This document shows, one piece after another, positions 34,278-43,059 of a DNA stretch of 64,000 nt. Below the pieces are notes generated by a model. The model worked only from the letters and a program-made list of their open reading frames with translations. It did no database searches and was not told where the DNA came from. The position numbers and the translations under genes are program-made. Source of the DNA: Obrimoposthia wandeli (taxonomy: Eukaryota); NCBI GenBank assembly GCA_977020255.1, contig CDROCS010000506.1:2604001-2668000 (forward strand), in the 5' to 3' direction. The number at the start of each line of letters is the position of its first letter. Within the stretch, counting starts at the first letter, position 1.

Positions 34278-35678
34278 ATGTTTGAGAATTTAACAGATCG
34301 CTTATCGGCAACACTGAAAAACGTCAGTGGCCGTGGTCGTTTGACTGAAGATAATGTCAAAGACACACTACGTGAAGTACGCATGGCGTTACTCGAAGCT
34401 GATGTTGCTTTACCTGTCGTGCGCGCATTTATTAAAAATGTGAAAGAAAAAGCCCTGGGCCAAGATGTTTCTAAGAGTCTAAATCCAGGCCAAGCCTTCA
34501 TTAAGATCGTGCAAAGCGAACTTGAGTCGGCAATGGGTGAAGCCAACGAAACATTAAATCTTGCGGCGCAACCGCCAGCAGTATTAATGATGGCTGGTTT
34601 ACAAGGTGCGGGTAAAACCACCTCGGTAGCCAAATTAGCGCTGTTTTTAAAACAACGTGAAAAGAAATCTGTATTGGTTGTAAGTGCTGACGTTTACCGT
34701 CCAGCGGCAATCAAGCAGTTAGAAATGTTAGCAGCAGAAGTTGATGTTGAGTTCTTCCCAAGTAATGTCGATCAGAAACCGGTTGATATTGCCAATGCAG
34801 CAATCGATCACGCACGTAAGTCATTTATTGATGTTGTGATTGTCGATACTGCGGGCCGTTTACATGTCGATACTGACATGATGCAAGAGATTCAAGATCT
34901 ACACACTGCGATTAACCCTATTGAAACGTTATTCGTTGTTGATGCGATGACTGGTCAAGATGCCGCAAACACGGCTGCAGCATTTAATGAGAGCCTACCA
35001 TTAACTGGTATCATCTTAACGAAAGCAGACGGTGATGCGCGTGGTGGTGCTGCACTGTCTATTCGTCATATTACGGGTAAACCAATTAAGTTTATCGGTA
35101 TGGGCGAAAAAATTGATGCGCTTGAACCTTTCCATCCAGAGCGTATTGCGTCACGTATTTTAGGTATGGGTGATGTTCTATCACTTATCGAAGAAGTAGA
35201 ACGTAACGTTGATAAAGATAAAGCTGAAAAACTGGCGAAAAAAGTTCAGAAAGGTAAAGGCTTTGATTTAGAAGATTTCCGTGATCAGCTGGTGCAAATG
35301 AAAAGCATGGGCGGCATGATGGGCATGATGGATAAGTTACCGGGTATGAACCAGGTTCCTGACGCTGTTAAAGACCAAATGGATGATAAGTTAACAAACC
35401 GTATGGAAGCGATGATTAATTCAATGACACCGGCTGAACGCCAGCGTCCTGAAATAATTAAAGGCTCACGTAAGCGTCGTATCGCAACGGGTTCTGGTAC
35501 TCAGATCCAAGACGTGAACAAGCTGTTGAAACAGTTTACTCAGATGCAAAAAATGATGAAGAAAATGTCGGGTAAAGGCGGCATGAAAAAAATGATGGGT
35601 AAAATGAAAGGTATGATGCCACCAGGAATGGGCGGCGGCATGGGTGGAATGGGCGGTGGTAAAGGACCGTTTGGTTAA
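34278..35678 (+). CDS. ffh: Signal recognition particle protein
   Basis: GLQGAGKTT, DTAGR, TKADGDARGGAAL, Met/Gly-rich M domain. Confidence 0.99.
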   Translation: MFENLTDRLSATLKNVSGRGRLTEDNVKDTLREVRMALLEADVALPVVRAFIKNVKEKALGQDVSKSLNPGQAFIKIVQSELESAMGEANETLNLAAQPPAVLMMAGLQGAGKTTSVAKLALFLKQREKKSVLVVSADVYRPAAIKQLEMLAAEVDVEFFPSNVDQKPVDIANAAIDHARKSFIDVVIVDTAGRLHVDTDMMQEIQDLHTAINPIETLFVVDAMTGQDAANTAAAFNESLPLTGIILTKADGDARGGAALSIRHITGKPIKFIGMGEKIDALEPFHPERIASRILGMGDVLSLIEEVERNVDKDKAEKLAKKVQKGKGFDLEDFRDQLVQMKSMGGMMGMMDKLPGMNQVPDAVKDQMDDKLTNRMEAMINSMTPAERQRPEIIKGSRKRRIATGSGTQIQDVNKLLKQFTQMQKMMKKMSGKGGMKKMMGKMKGMMPPGMGGGMGGMGGGKGPFG

Positions 35679-35712
35679 GCGCTCTTTCTAAAACCTTTCT
35701 TTATATAGTCGT

Positions 35713-35774
35713 TTTATCTAAATCTTGCGACTATTTATCTAAAGCCTTGCGACTATATTTATCTAAAGCCTTGC
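35713..35774. repeat. Three imperfect 21-24 bp direct repeats (tttatctaaagccttgcgacta)
   Basis: Units at 35713-35733, 35734-35755 and 35758-35774. Confidence 0.9.
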
Positions 35775-35795
35775 TATCATAGCAGGGCTTTTTTA
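35765..35795 (+). terminator. ffh terminator built from the third repeat unit
   Basis: aaagccttgcta-tca-tagcagggctttttt. Confidence 0.85.
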
Positions 35796-35901
35796 TTTTC
35801 GCTTATTCTGGTTAAGTTATCTTTAACCGGTCTAATTACAGCATAATGATTGTTTATAGTATAAATAGCGCTAACTAAAGCGTCTCTACCGCACAATTCA
35901 G

Positions 35902-35937
35902 TTGCTTTTAATTAAAATTAGAGTAAAATTGCGCGAC
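35902..35937 (+). promoter_or_regulatory. rpsP operon sigma70 promoter with GC-rich discriminator
   Basis: TTGCTT (35902-35907), TAAAAT (35924-35929), then tgcgcgac. Confidence 0.65.
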
Positions 35938-36049
35938 TTCGAATCGTCTCATTCGTGAGTGTAATTCTCACACTTGAGTACAATTCGAACTAAATGGGAC
36001 CTTGTCAGTGCAAGGTCGGAATACACACTTAATTTATAAAGAGGACGAT

Positions 36050-36298
36050 ATGGTAACTATTCGTTTATCTCGTGGTGGTTCTAAGAAATCACCTTTCTAT
36101 ACAGTTGTTGTTACAGACAGCCGTAACGCTCGTGATGGTAAATTCATCGAGAAGCTAGGTTTCTTTAACCCAATGGCTGCTGGTCAAGAAGAACGTGTTC
36201 GTCTTGACAACGTGAAAATTGAAGCTTGGGTTGCTAAAGGCGCTACAGTTTCAAACACAGTTGCTAAGTTAATCAAAGACGCTGCTAAAGCTGCTTAA
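36050..36298 (+). CDS. rpsP: 30S ribosomal protein S16
   Basis: [17 protein letters not shown]...[12 protein letters not shown]; GAGGA RBS. Confidence 0.99.
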   Translation: MVTIRLSRGGSKKSPFYTVVVTDSRNARDGKFIEKLGFFNPMAAGQEERVRLDNVKIEAWVAKGATVSNTVAKLIKDAAKAA

Positions 36299-36321
36299 TT
36301 ATCTTAAGGTAGGGAGATCTT

Positions 36322-36849
36322 GTGAGTTCAACTGACAAACCGATGGTAGTTGGCCGTCTTGGTGCTGTTTACGGCATTAAGGGCTGGATAAAAATCAACT
36401 CCTTTACCGATATTCCAGAAGGAATCTTTGACTATTCACCTTGGCTCATCGAGCAAAAAGGCGAATGGGTTGAAGTGGCGATTGAAGATTGCAAACGCCA
36501 TGGCAAAGGTTTAGTTGCTAAGTTAGTTGGTATTGATGTACGTGAAGAAGCGCAGGCCCTTACGGGTGCTGAAATTGCTATAAACGCAGATCAACTTCCA
36601 GAATTAGAAGATGAGTATTACTGGCGCGATATCATTGGCTGCTCTGTTGAGACAGACAAGGGTTACACGTTAGGTAAAGTCATTGATATGATGGAAACCG
36701 GTTCTAACGACGTATTAGTGATTAAAGCGAATGCAACAGATGCCTTCGGAAAAAAAGAACGGTTAATTCCGTATCTTGATGGGACAGTGATTATCAATGT
36801 TGATATTACTGCTCAAAAAATTATTGTTAATTGGGATCCGAGTTTTTAA
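36322..36849 (+). CDS. rimM: Ribosome maturation factor RimM
   Basis: [35 protein letters not shown]. Confidence 0.98.
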   Translation: MSSTDKPMVVGRLGAVYGIKGWIKINSFTDIPEGIFDYSPWLIEQKGEWVEVAIEDCKRHGKGLVAKLVGIDVREEAQALTGAEIAINADQLPELEDEYYWRDIIGCSVETDKGYTLGKVIDMMETGSNDVLVIKANATDAFGKKERLIPYLDGTVIINVDITAQKIIVNWDPSF

Positions 36850-36873
36850 GACTCATGATCAGCGGAGGCTAGT

Positions 36874-37620
36874 ATGTGGTTAGGGGTTATAAGCCTTTTT
36901 CCAGAGATGTTTGATGCCATCACTGAGCAAGGAGTCATCGGTCGAGCAATAAAACGCGATCTGCTTAAGTTCCAAACTTGGAACCCTAGGGATTTTGCCC
37001 ACGATAAACATAAGACGGTCGATGATCGCCCTTATGGTGGTGGCCCTGGCATGTTGATGATGGTTCAACCATTACGAGATGCTATCCATGCAGCAAAACA
37101 GGCAGCAGGTGGTGAGGCGAAAGTTATTTATCTTTCACCGCAAGGACGTAAATTGGATCAAGCTGGCGTACTGGAATTGGCAACAAATGAAAAGATGATT
37201 TTTATTTGTGGTCGTTATGAAGGTATTGATGAGCGTATCATCCAATCGGAAGTTGATGAAGAGTGGTCTATCGGTGACTTCGTGTTAACCGGTGGTGAAC
37301 TTGCCGCAATGACGATGATTGATGCTGTCTCACGCATGATTCCTGGTGTTTTAGGCACTCAGGCATCCGCAGAGCAAGATTCGTTTGCAGACGGTCTTTT
37401 AGATTGTCCGCATTATACGCGTCCGGAAGTGTTAGATGGGATGGCTGTCCCTAAGGTTCTCCTTAGTGGCAATCACAGTAAAATTAGCCAATATAGACAG
37501 AAACAGTCTTTAGCTCGAACGTTAGAACGACGACCTGATTTATTAAGTAACCTAGCTCTGACTGATCTGCAAGAAAAAATTCTTGTTGAGATCGTTCGCG
37601 AAAGTCGCGAGTTAAAGTAG
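36874..37620 (+). CDS. trmD: tRNA (guanine37-N1)-methyltransferase
   Basis: [33 protein letters not shown]. Confidence 0.99.
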   Translation: MWLGVISLFPEMFDAITEQGVIGRAIKRDLLKFQTWNPRDFAHDKHKTVDDRPYGGGPGMLMMVQPLRDAIHAAKQAAGGEAKVIYLSPQGRKLDQAGVLELATNEKMIFICGRYEGIDERIIQSEVDEEWSIGDFVLTGGELAAMTMIDAVSRMIPGVLGTQASAEQDSFADGLLDCPHYTRPEVLDGMAVPKVLLSGNHSKISQYRQKQSLARTLERRPDLLSNLALTDLQEKILVEIVRESRELK

Positions 37621-37650
37621 AGTTTTTCAGTTTATTCTAGGGTATAGAAA

Positions 37651-38016
37651 ATGAGCAACATTATTGCACAGATCGAACAAGATCAAATGAAAACAGATCT
37701 ACCAGCTTTTGGCCCAGGTGCTACAGTAGTAGTTCAGGTTAAAGTTGTTGAAGGTGACAAATCACGTCTACAGGCTTTTGAAGGCGTAGTTATCGCTAAA
37801 CGTAACCGTGGTCTGCACTCTGCATTCACAGTTCGTAAAATCACTTCAAACGGTGAAGGTGTGGAACGTGTATTCCAAACACATTCTCCAGTGGTAGCAA
37901 GCATCACTGTTAAGCGTCACGGCGATGTTCGTCAAGCTAAGCTATACTACCTACGTGGTCTTACTGGTAAAGCTGCACGTATTAAAGAAAAATTGGGCAA
38001 GCGTAAAAGCAAATAG
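37651..38016 (+). CDS. rplS: 50S ribosomal protein L19
   Basis: [31 protein letters not shown]. Confidence 0.99.
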   Translation: MSNIIAQIEQDQMKTDLPAFGPGATVVVQVKVVEGDKSRLQAFEGVVIAKRNRGLHSAFTVRKITSNGEGVERVFQTHSPVVASITVKRHGDVRQAKLYYLRGLTGKAARIKEKLGKRKSK

Positions 38017-38034
38017 TCCTTTTTTCATGCAGTT

Positions 38035-38065
38035 AAGGTCCGTCATATGACGGGCCTTTTTTTTT
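38035..38065. terminator. Terminator after rplS
   Basis: aaggtccgtc-atat-gacgggccttttttttt. Confidence 0.9.
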
Positions 38066-38188
38066 GCCTGAAATTTATAATAAGAGTATCATCAGAGTAT
38101 GAATAATAGAATCCAGAGCTGTTAAATGCCCGCCTTAACGTATTGTGAACTAAAACTCGCTAATACGCATGTCTATGTCTTCGTGAAA

Positions 38189-38866
38189 TCAGATGTTGAA
38201 GTGTTTTTTGAGTAACTGATGAGTAAATGCCTTTTTTAAATAAAATCCCCGTGGCCGCACTTGTATTATCTCTCCCTCGCTGCCGTAGGCTTTGGTACGA
38301 ACTTTATTATTGGCAGCCTTAGGCCTAAGTTGTAAAAACTTGCCCTGATGCGCTGTGATCTGCTCTACCTGCCCAAGTGCTATCATATCCATTAACTCTT
38401 CCCAGTCTTGTTGCAGTTGGGCATTTTCAAGTTCATCGGGTTGCCAGAGTAATGGCGAACCAACAATACGTTCAGCCACTGGAATATCACGCTCACCAAG
38501 TACCGGGATCCACAATACCTGTTTTAATTTATTGGCCACACTACAGGTTTGCCAAGTTACACCGTGATTACCGGTTAACGGCGCAACACAGACAAAGGTT
38601 GTTTCCAGTGGTTTACCTTGTGAGTTGATGGGGATAGTTTTTAATTCAACGCCTAATGCCGGGAAATCCTGAATCGGTTTACTACCAGCAGTCGCGCCAA
38701 GGTGCAACTCTAAAAGTTGGCCAATCCAGCCTTTTTGTTTACGCAGATCATCTGGCACCCTGAGTTGGTGCAATGCCGCTATTTGCTGTAGGTTAAATCC
38801 GGCAATGTCCTGGGCGCGTGTCATCAGCTCATTGATATCTTGGGGTTCATTTATAATTGCAGGCAT
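38189..38866 (-). CDS. mutH: DNA mismatch repair endonuclease MutH
   Basis: [20 protein letters not shown]...[29 protein letters not shown]. Confidence 0.97.
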   Translation of the reverse strand: MPAIINEPQDINELMTRAQDIAGFNLQQIAALHQLRVPDDLRKQKGWIGQLLELHLGATAGSKPIQDFPALGVELKTIPINSQGKPLETTFVCVAPLTGNHGVTWQTCSVANKLKQVLWIPVLGERDIPVAERIVGSPLLWQPDELENAQLQQDWEELMDMIALGQVEQITAHQGKFLQLRPKAANNKVRTKAYGSEGEIIQVRPRGFYLKKAFTHQLLKKHFNI

Positions 38867-39050
38867 TTCAAATAATTCTTATTTTTCAAGGTTTCATTTA
38901 GCAGAATAACACTTTTAAATCTAGCTGTTAACGGTCGTTTTACATACAAAACGAGGCTTAGGTCTCACTTTTGTGTTACGTAGATGTTTCAGGTTGAGGT
39001 TTAATTTTAAGGCATTGTTTTAAAACATCTTTTATATCTTTGGACGAGGG

Positions 39051-39259
39051 TGTGGATAATTCCATCACAGTTTTATTATGTTAAATGGTAATAATGTAAA
39101 CACTGCACAAGGTTATCCACAGAAAACGGGGATAACTTCCGGTTTAAGGGCTAAACTTTGTTAATAAATAGCGATAATAGCGCTCAGTCGTGCTGTTTAA
39201 CTCAGTTTTAATTACTTTTCCACACTCGTTATGTGTATAACTGTGATTATTGTGGATGA
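39051..39259. promoter_or_regulatory. DnaA-box cluster upstream of mutH (DARS2-like)
   Basis: TGTGGATAA 39051, TTATCCACA 39113, CGGGGATAA 39127, TTTTCCACA 39216, TGTGTATAA 39232, TGTGGATGA 39251. Confidence 0.82.
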
Positions 39260-39361
39260 TCAGGGTTTTTATTGAAAAACTGCTGCTTTATTGAGCGATA
39301 CACGAGGTGTTAAAGGTTGCGTTATCGCCTTTATAATAAGATATGTATTAGCGTAAGGTAT

Positions 39362-39388
39362 AAAACCAAGGTGAAACACCCTGGTTTT
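39362..39388. terminator. Terminator of the amidohydrolase gene
   Basis: aaaaccaaggtg-aaa-caccctggtttt. Confidence 0.75.
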
Positions 39389-39421
39389 GATGGTTTATAG
39401 GCGCTATTAAAAACGACCTAT

Positions 39422-40834
39422 TTAGATAACCTTTTCACCATTTTCTATTACTGTTTGACGTACTTTTTTAGTAAACTCGATTGCTTCGTCAATGATTTCT
39501 TTTTCGTTCACCGTTAGCATGTCACGATCTTGCATGATCACTTTACCTGCAACAATAGAGTGACGAACGTTGCCCGAGTTAGCTGAGTAAACAAGTACTG
39601 AATATGGGTTGTACATCGGCACCATGTTTGGCGCTTTGGTATCAATAACTATAATATCAGCCAATTTCCCCACTTCTAAAGAACCAATTTTGTCTTCCAT
39701 GTGCAATGCTCTTGCTGCGCCCATAGTTGCCATGTCGATAACTTTAATTGGTGGCATTGCGCCACGATCTTGGTTTACAAGTTTGTGTACTTTAGCTACT
39801 TGGTTAAATTCATCAATCGTGCTCAGTGTATTACCTGACATTGGACCATCTGTACCTAAACCAATTCGTACGTCTTCGTCATACATTTTAAGTGCAGGTG
39901 ATACACCTTTTGCTGATTTGATGTTTGCACTCATGTTGTGCGCAACGCCAGTACCAGCTTTTTTCACTAACTCGATGTCTGATTCGCTCACATTGATCAT
40001 GTGCGCAGCGACTAAACGCTCGTCCAGTGAACCAATACTATCCATGTATTCAACAGGTGACTTACCATCAGCACGTGCAGCAATTTTTTCATTTTCGCGT
40101 TCTGATTCAGCTAAGTGAATTAATACCGGTACGTTATGCTCTTTCGCTAACTTAGTGATTTGTTGCAGTACTTCAGTGGTATTGGTATACGGTGCATGTG
40201 GGGCGAATGCAGGGGTAATACGTGGGTGATCTTTATATTCTTCGATAAATTTCAGTGCGTATTGAATACCTTCTTGTGCGTTTTGTGCATCAGCAACAGG
40301 GAATTTAATTACTGTTTCACCTAAAATTGCGCGCATACCGATTTTATCAACGGTTTTTGCTACTTCGTCTTCAAAGTAATACATGTCGCTGTAAGTTGTT
40401 ATGCCACCTTTAACCATTTCTAGGTTACCTAGATTAGCGCCAATACGGACCATATCACGGCTGACTAGTTTCTTTTCTAGTGGGAAGATATAACGGTGTA
40501 AACGTCCTGGAACATCATCTGCTAATGAACGAAATACGGTCATTGATGCGTGAGTATGAGTATTAATTAAACCTGGCATAACGATGTCGCCATCAACATC
40601 CATTACGGTATTTGCTTGGTATTGCTGTGCAAGTTTAGCATCACCAACGGCAATGATTTTGTTGCCTTTAATAACCACAGTACCATTTTCATAAATGGTT
40701 TTGTCACTGTTCATTGTTAATACCGTTGCATCGGTGATCATCAAGTCAACTTTCTCTGCTGCGTGCACAGATGTGGCGAAAATGATTGAAGCGGCAAGCA
40801 ATGTTTTGTTTAAAATATTGTTACTAGCAAACAT
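39422..40834 (-). CDS. Signal-peptide-bearing metal-dependent amidohydrolase (Atz/Trz, MTA/SAH-deaminase-like)
   Basis: PGLINTHTH, IFPLE, PHAPYT, HLAES, AHM, GTDG; N-terminal LLAASIIFATSVHA|A signal. Confidence 0.85.
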   Translation of the reverse strand: MFASNNILNKTLLAASIIFATSVHAAEKVDLMITDATVLTMNSDKTIYENGTVVIKGNKIIAVGDAKLAQQYQANTVMDVDGDIVMPGLINTHTHASMTVFRSLADDVPGRLHRYIFPLEKKLVSRDMVRIGANLGNLEMVKGGITTYSDMYYFEDEVAKTVDKIGMRAILGETVIKFPVADAQNAQEGIQYALKFIEEYKDHPRITPAFAPHAPYTNTTEVLQQITKLAKEHNVPVLIHLAESERENEKIAARADGKSPVEYMDSIGSLDERLVAAHMINVSESDIELVKKAGTGVAHNMSANIKSAKGVSPALKMYDEDVRIGLGTDGPMSGNTLSTIDEFNQVAKVHKLVNQDRGAMPPIKVIDMATMGAARALHMEDKIGSLEVGKLADIIVIDTKAPNMVPMYNPYSVLVYSANSGNVRHSIVAGKVIMQDRDMLTVNEKEIIDEAIEFTKKVRQTVIENGEKVI

Positions 40835-41215
40835 GTTTAAATCTCAATTTTATATGAATAGGACAGAACACACTCTGGAAAGTCGAATTAGACGATTTTC
40901 CAGAGCTTTATAAACTTATTCGTCTTTAATGGCAATCAAATTGCTGCAAACAAGCCCGTTAGTAGTAGTTGATTTGGCGTTCTTTGTTATTAACAGTATT
41001 TTTCTTAGTGTTCTCTTATCGTCTTGGTTATTTTTAGTGTTAACTATTTTTAAAGCAACGCCGTATCACAGCCGTTAATCTGCTCGTTTTCTGGAAATGG
41101 TCGGTATTTTGCTTTTGTAAATGGATCTTTCGCAAAACTACGAGTGTAAGTTTGCCGCCCATTGATTTATATGAAACAATCAAGTTAACTAAAATTCTAC
41201 CCTTAAGGTGCTAAT

Positions 41216-41722
41216 GTGATTGATAGCGATGGCTATCGTCTTAATGTAGGCATCCTAATTTGTAATCGTGAAGGTCAAGTTTTATGGGCTAAACGTTGTG
41301 GGCAACATTCTTGGCAATTTCCGCAAGGTGGTGTAGATAATGGAGAGTCTGCAGAGCAAGCAATGTATCGAGAACTATATGAAGAAGTTGGGCTAAAAGC
41401 GAAAGATGTTTCGATTTTGGCAACTTCAAAAACATGGTTGAAGTATAAATTACCAAAGCGATTAGTCAGATGGGATAGTAAACCGGTCTGCATAGGGCAA
41501 AAGCAAAAATGGTTTTTACTGCGTTTGGAAGCGGATGACAGTAAGATCGACTTTAAACGCACAGGGCATCCTGAATTTGATGATTGGCGTTGGGTCAGTT
41601 ATTGGTATCCAGTACGTCAGGTTGTTTCGTTTAAAAAAGACGTTTATCGTCGTGTAATGAAAGAGTTTGCTCCCGTAGCATTACCTTTTGTACGCAAAGA
41701 GATTAAACGTAAACGACGTTAA
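41216..41722 (+). CDS. rppH: RNA pyrophosphohydrolase
   Basis: [12 protein letters not shown], Nudix box [32 protein letters not shown]. Confidence 0.98.
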   Translation: MIDSDGYRLNVGILICNREGQVLWAKRCGQHSWQFPQGGVDNGESAEQAMYRELYEEVGLKAKDVSILATSKTWLKYKLPKRLVRWDSKPVCIGQKQKWFLLRLEADDSKIDFKRTGHPEFDDWRWVSYWYPVRQVVSFKKDVYRRVMKEFAPVALPFVRKEIKRKRR

Positions 41723-41975
41723 TACTAAATAATGCCTGCGTATTGAATTGTCTATAAGATTCAGTACAAAGGCATTACTTATTTATGCTGCTACACAATT
41801 CTTTTATTCTGCTATTTAAATACTCATTATCAACCTAATACTTTGGTTTTATTTACCTTATTTTACCGATTCTATTACGGCTCTGTCTTTGTTGTCGCTG
41901 GTATTTGGTGTAAGGTGTGTTTAACTTTATTGCCTTAGCCTAGGCGAGTACTTATTTTTATTCAGGAACTCAATA

Positions 41976-42791
41976 ATGTCGCAGACATATCTACAATATC
42001 CAGAAATTGATCCTATTGCGATCAGTCTTGGTCCTATCAATGTGTATTGGTATGGATTGATGTATTTACTTGGTTTCTTATTTGCTAATTGGATGGGTAA
42101 TCGTCAAGCAGCTAAACCAGGAAGTAGCTGGAATAAAGACGAAGTCGGGGACCTATTGTTCTATGGCTTTCTTGGTGTGATCTTGGGTGGTCGTATCGGC
42201 TATGTGCTGTTTTACAACTTTGGCTTATTCCTTGATGATCCAATGTACCTATTCCGCATCACCGACGGCGGTATGTCATTTCATGGCGGCCTGATTGGTG
42301 TATTGTTGGCGTTTGTGTATTTTGGTCGTAAAACTCAACGTTCATTCTTTGTTATTGCTGACTTTATTGCACCTATGGTGCCGTTTGGTCTAGCAGCTGG
42401 ACGTATTGGTAACTTTATTAATGGCGAGCTGTGGGGTCGTGTGACGGATGTGCCTTGGGCTATGGTCTTCCCAACCGGTGGTGATTTCCCACGTCATCCA
42501 AGTCAGCTTTATCAGTTTGCTATGGAAGGTGTATTGCTGTTTATCATCTTGCAAGTATTTGCCCGTAAACCGCGACCTGTTGGTGCTATCTCGGGTCTAT
42601 TCTTGTTCGGTTACGGTGTCTTCCGTTTTGTTGCCGAGTACTTCCGTCAACCCGATTCACAGCTAGGATTGTATTTTGACTTGATTAGTATGGGACAGAT
42701 TTTATCAACACCAATGATCTTCCTCGGTGCGGTAATTATGTTTGTTGCCTACAAAAAGCCGACCTTATTTACGAGTAAAATCGAAAAATAA
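41976..42791 (+). CDS. lgt: Prolipoprotein diacylglyceryl transferase
   Basis: [45 protein letters not shown]. Confidence 0.98.
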   Translation: MSQTYLQYPEIDPIAISLGPINVYWYGLMYLLGFLFANWMGNRQAAKPGSSWNKDEVGDLLFYGFLGVILGGRIGYVLFYNFGLFLDDPMYLFRITDGGMSFHGGLIGVLLAFVYFGRKTQRSFFVIADFIAPMVPFGLAAGRIGNFINGELWGRVTDVPWAMVFPTGGDFPRHPSQLYQFAMEGVLLFIILQVFARKPRPVGAISGLFLFGYGVFRFVAEYFRQPDSQLGLYFDLISMGQILSTPMIFLGAVIMFVAYKKPTLFTSKIEK

Positions 42792-42806
42792 CCGTGTTTT
42801 AAACAA

Positions 42807-42846
42807 ATTAAGATACCAATACTATGCTTAGTATTGGTATCTTAAT
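42807..42846. terminator. Perfect 17-bp stem hairpin after lgt
   Basis: attaagataccaatact-atgctt-agtattggtatcttaat. Confidence 0.8.
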
Positions 42847-43059
42847 GATGGAATAACAATCAATGTACTCACCTTGTTGGTTATAATTTCATCAGTAGAA
42901 TAAATTACTATGTAAAACAATTGAATAGTATTGGGTTTATGTTTAAAGCTTGATTTTATGTTGACTCTGTTACTTTCCTACCTAATGATACGCCATCAAC
43001 AATAACCAGCGCATTCCAGGGACGATATGCTGCTCGCTTAGCTATGGTAATACTGCAGT

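Noticed and set aside
35550-35678. Gly/Met repeats at the Ffh C-terminus
   Set aside because: A normal feature of the SRP54/Ffh M-domain tail
35713-35774. Mini CRISPR array
   Set aside because: Repeats abut with 0-2 nt between them, so there are no spacers, and no cas genes are present
39051-39259. Replication origin (oriC)
   Set aside because: No dnaA, gidA or mioC flanks, no GATC enrichment and no 13-mer DUE repeats; the position next to mutH fits DARS2 instead
41139-41151. 13-mer tacgagtgtaagt also found near 56828
   Set aside because: Matches of this length are expected by chance among all position pairs in 64 kb
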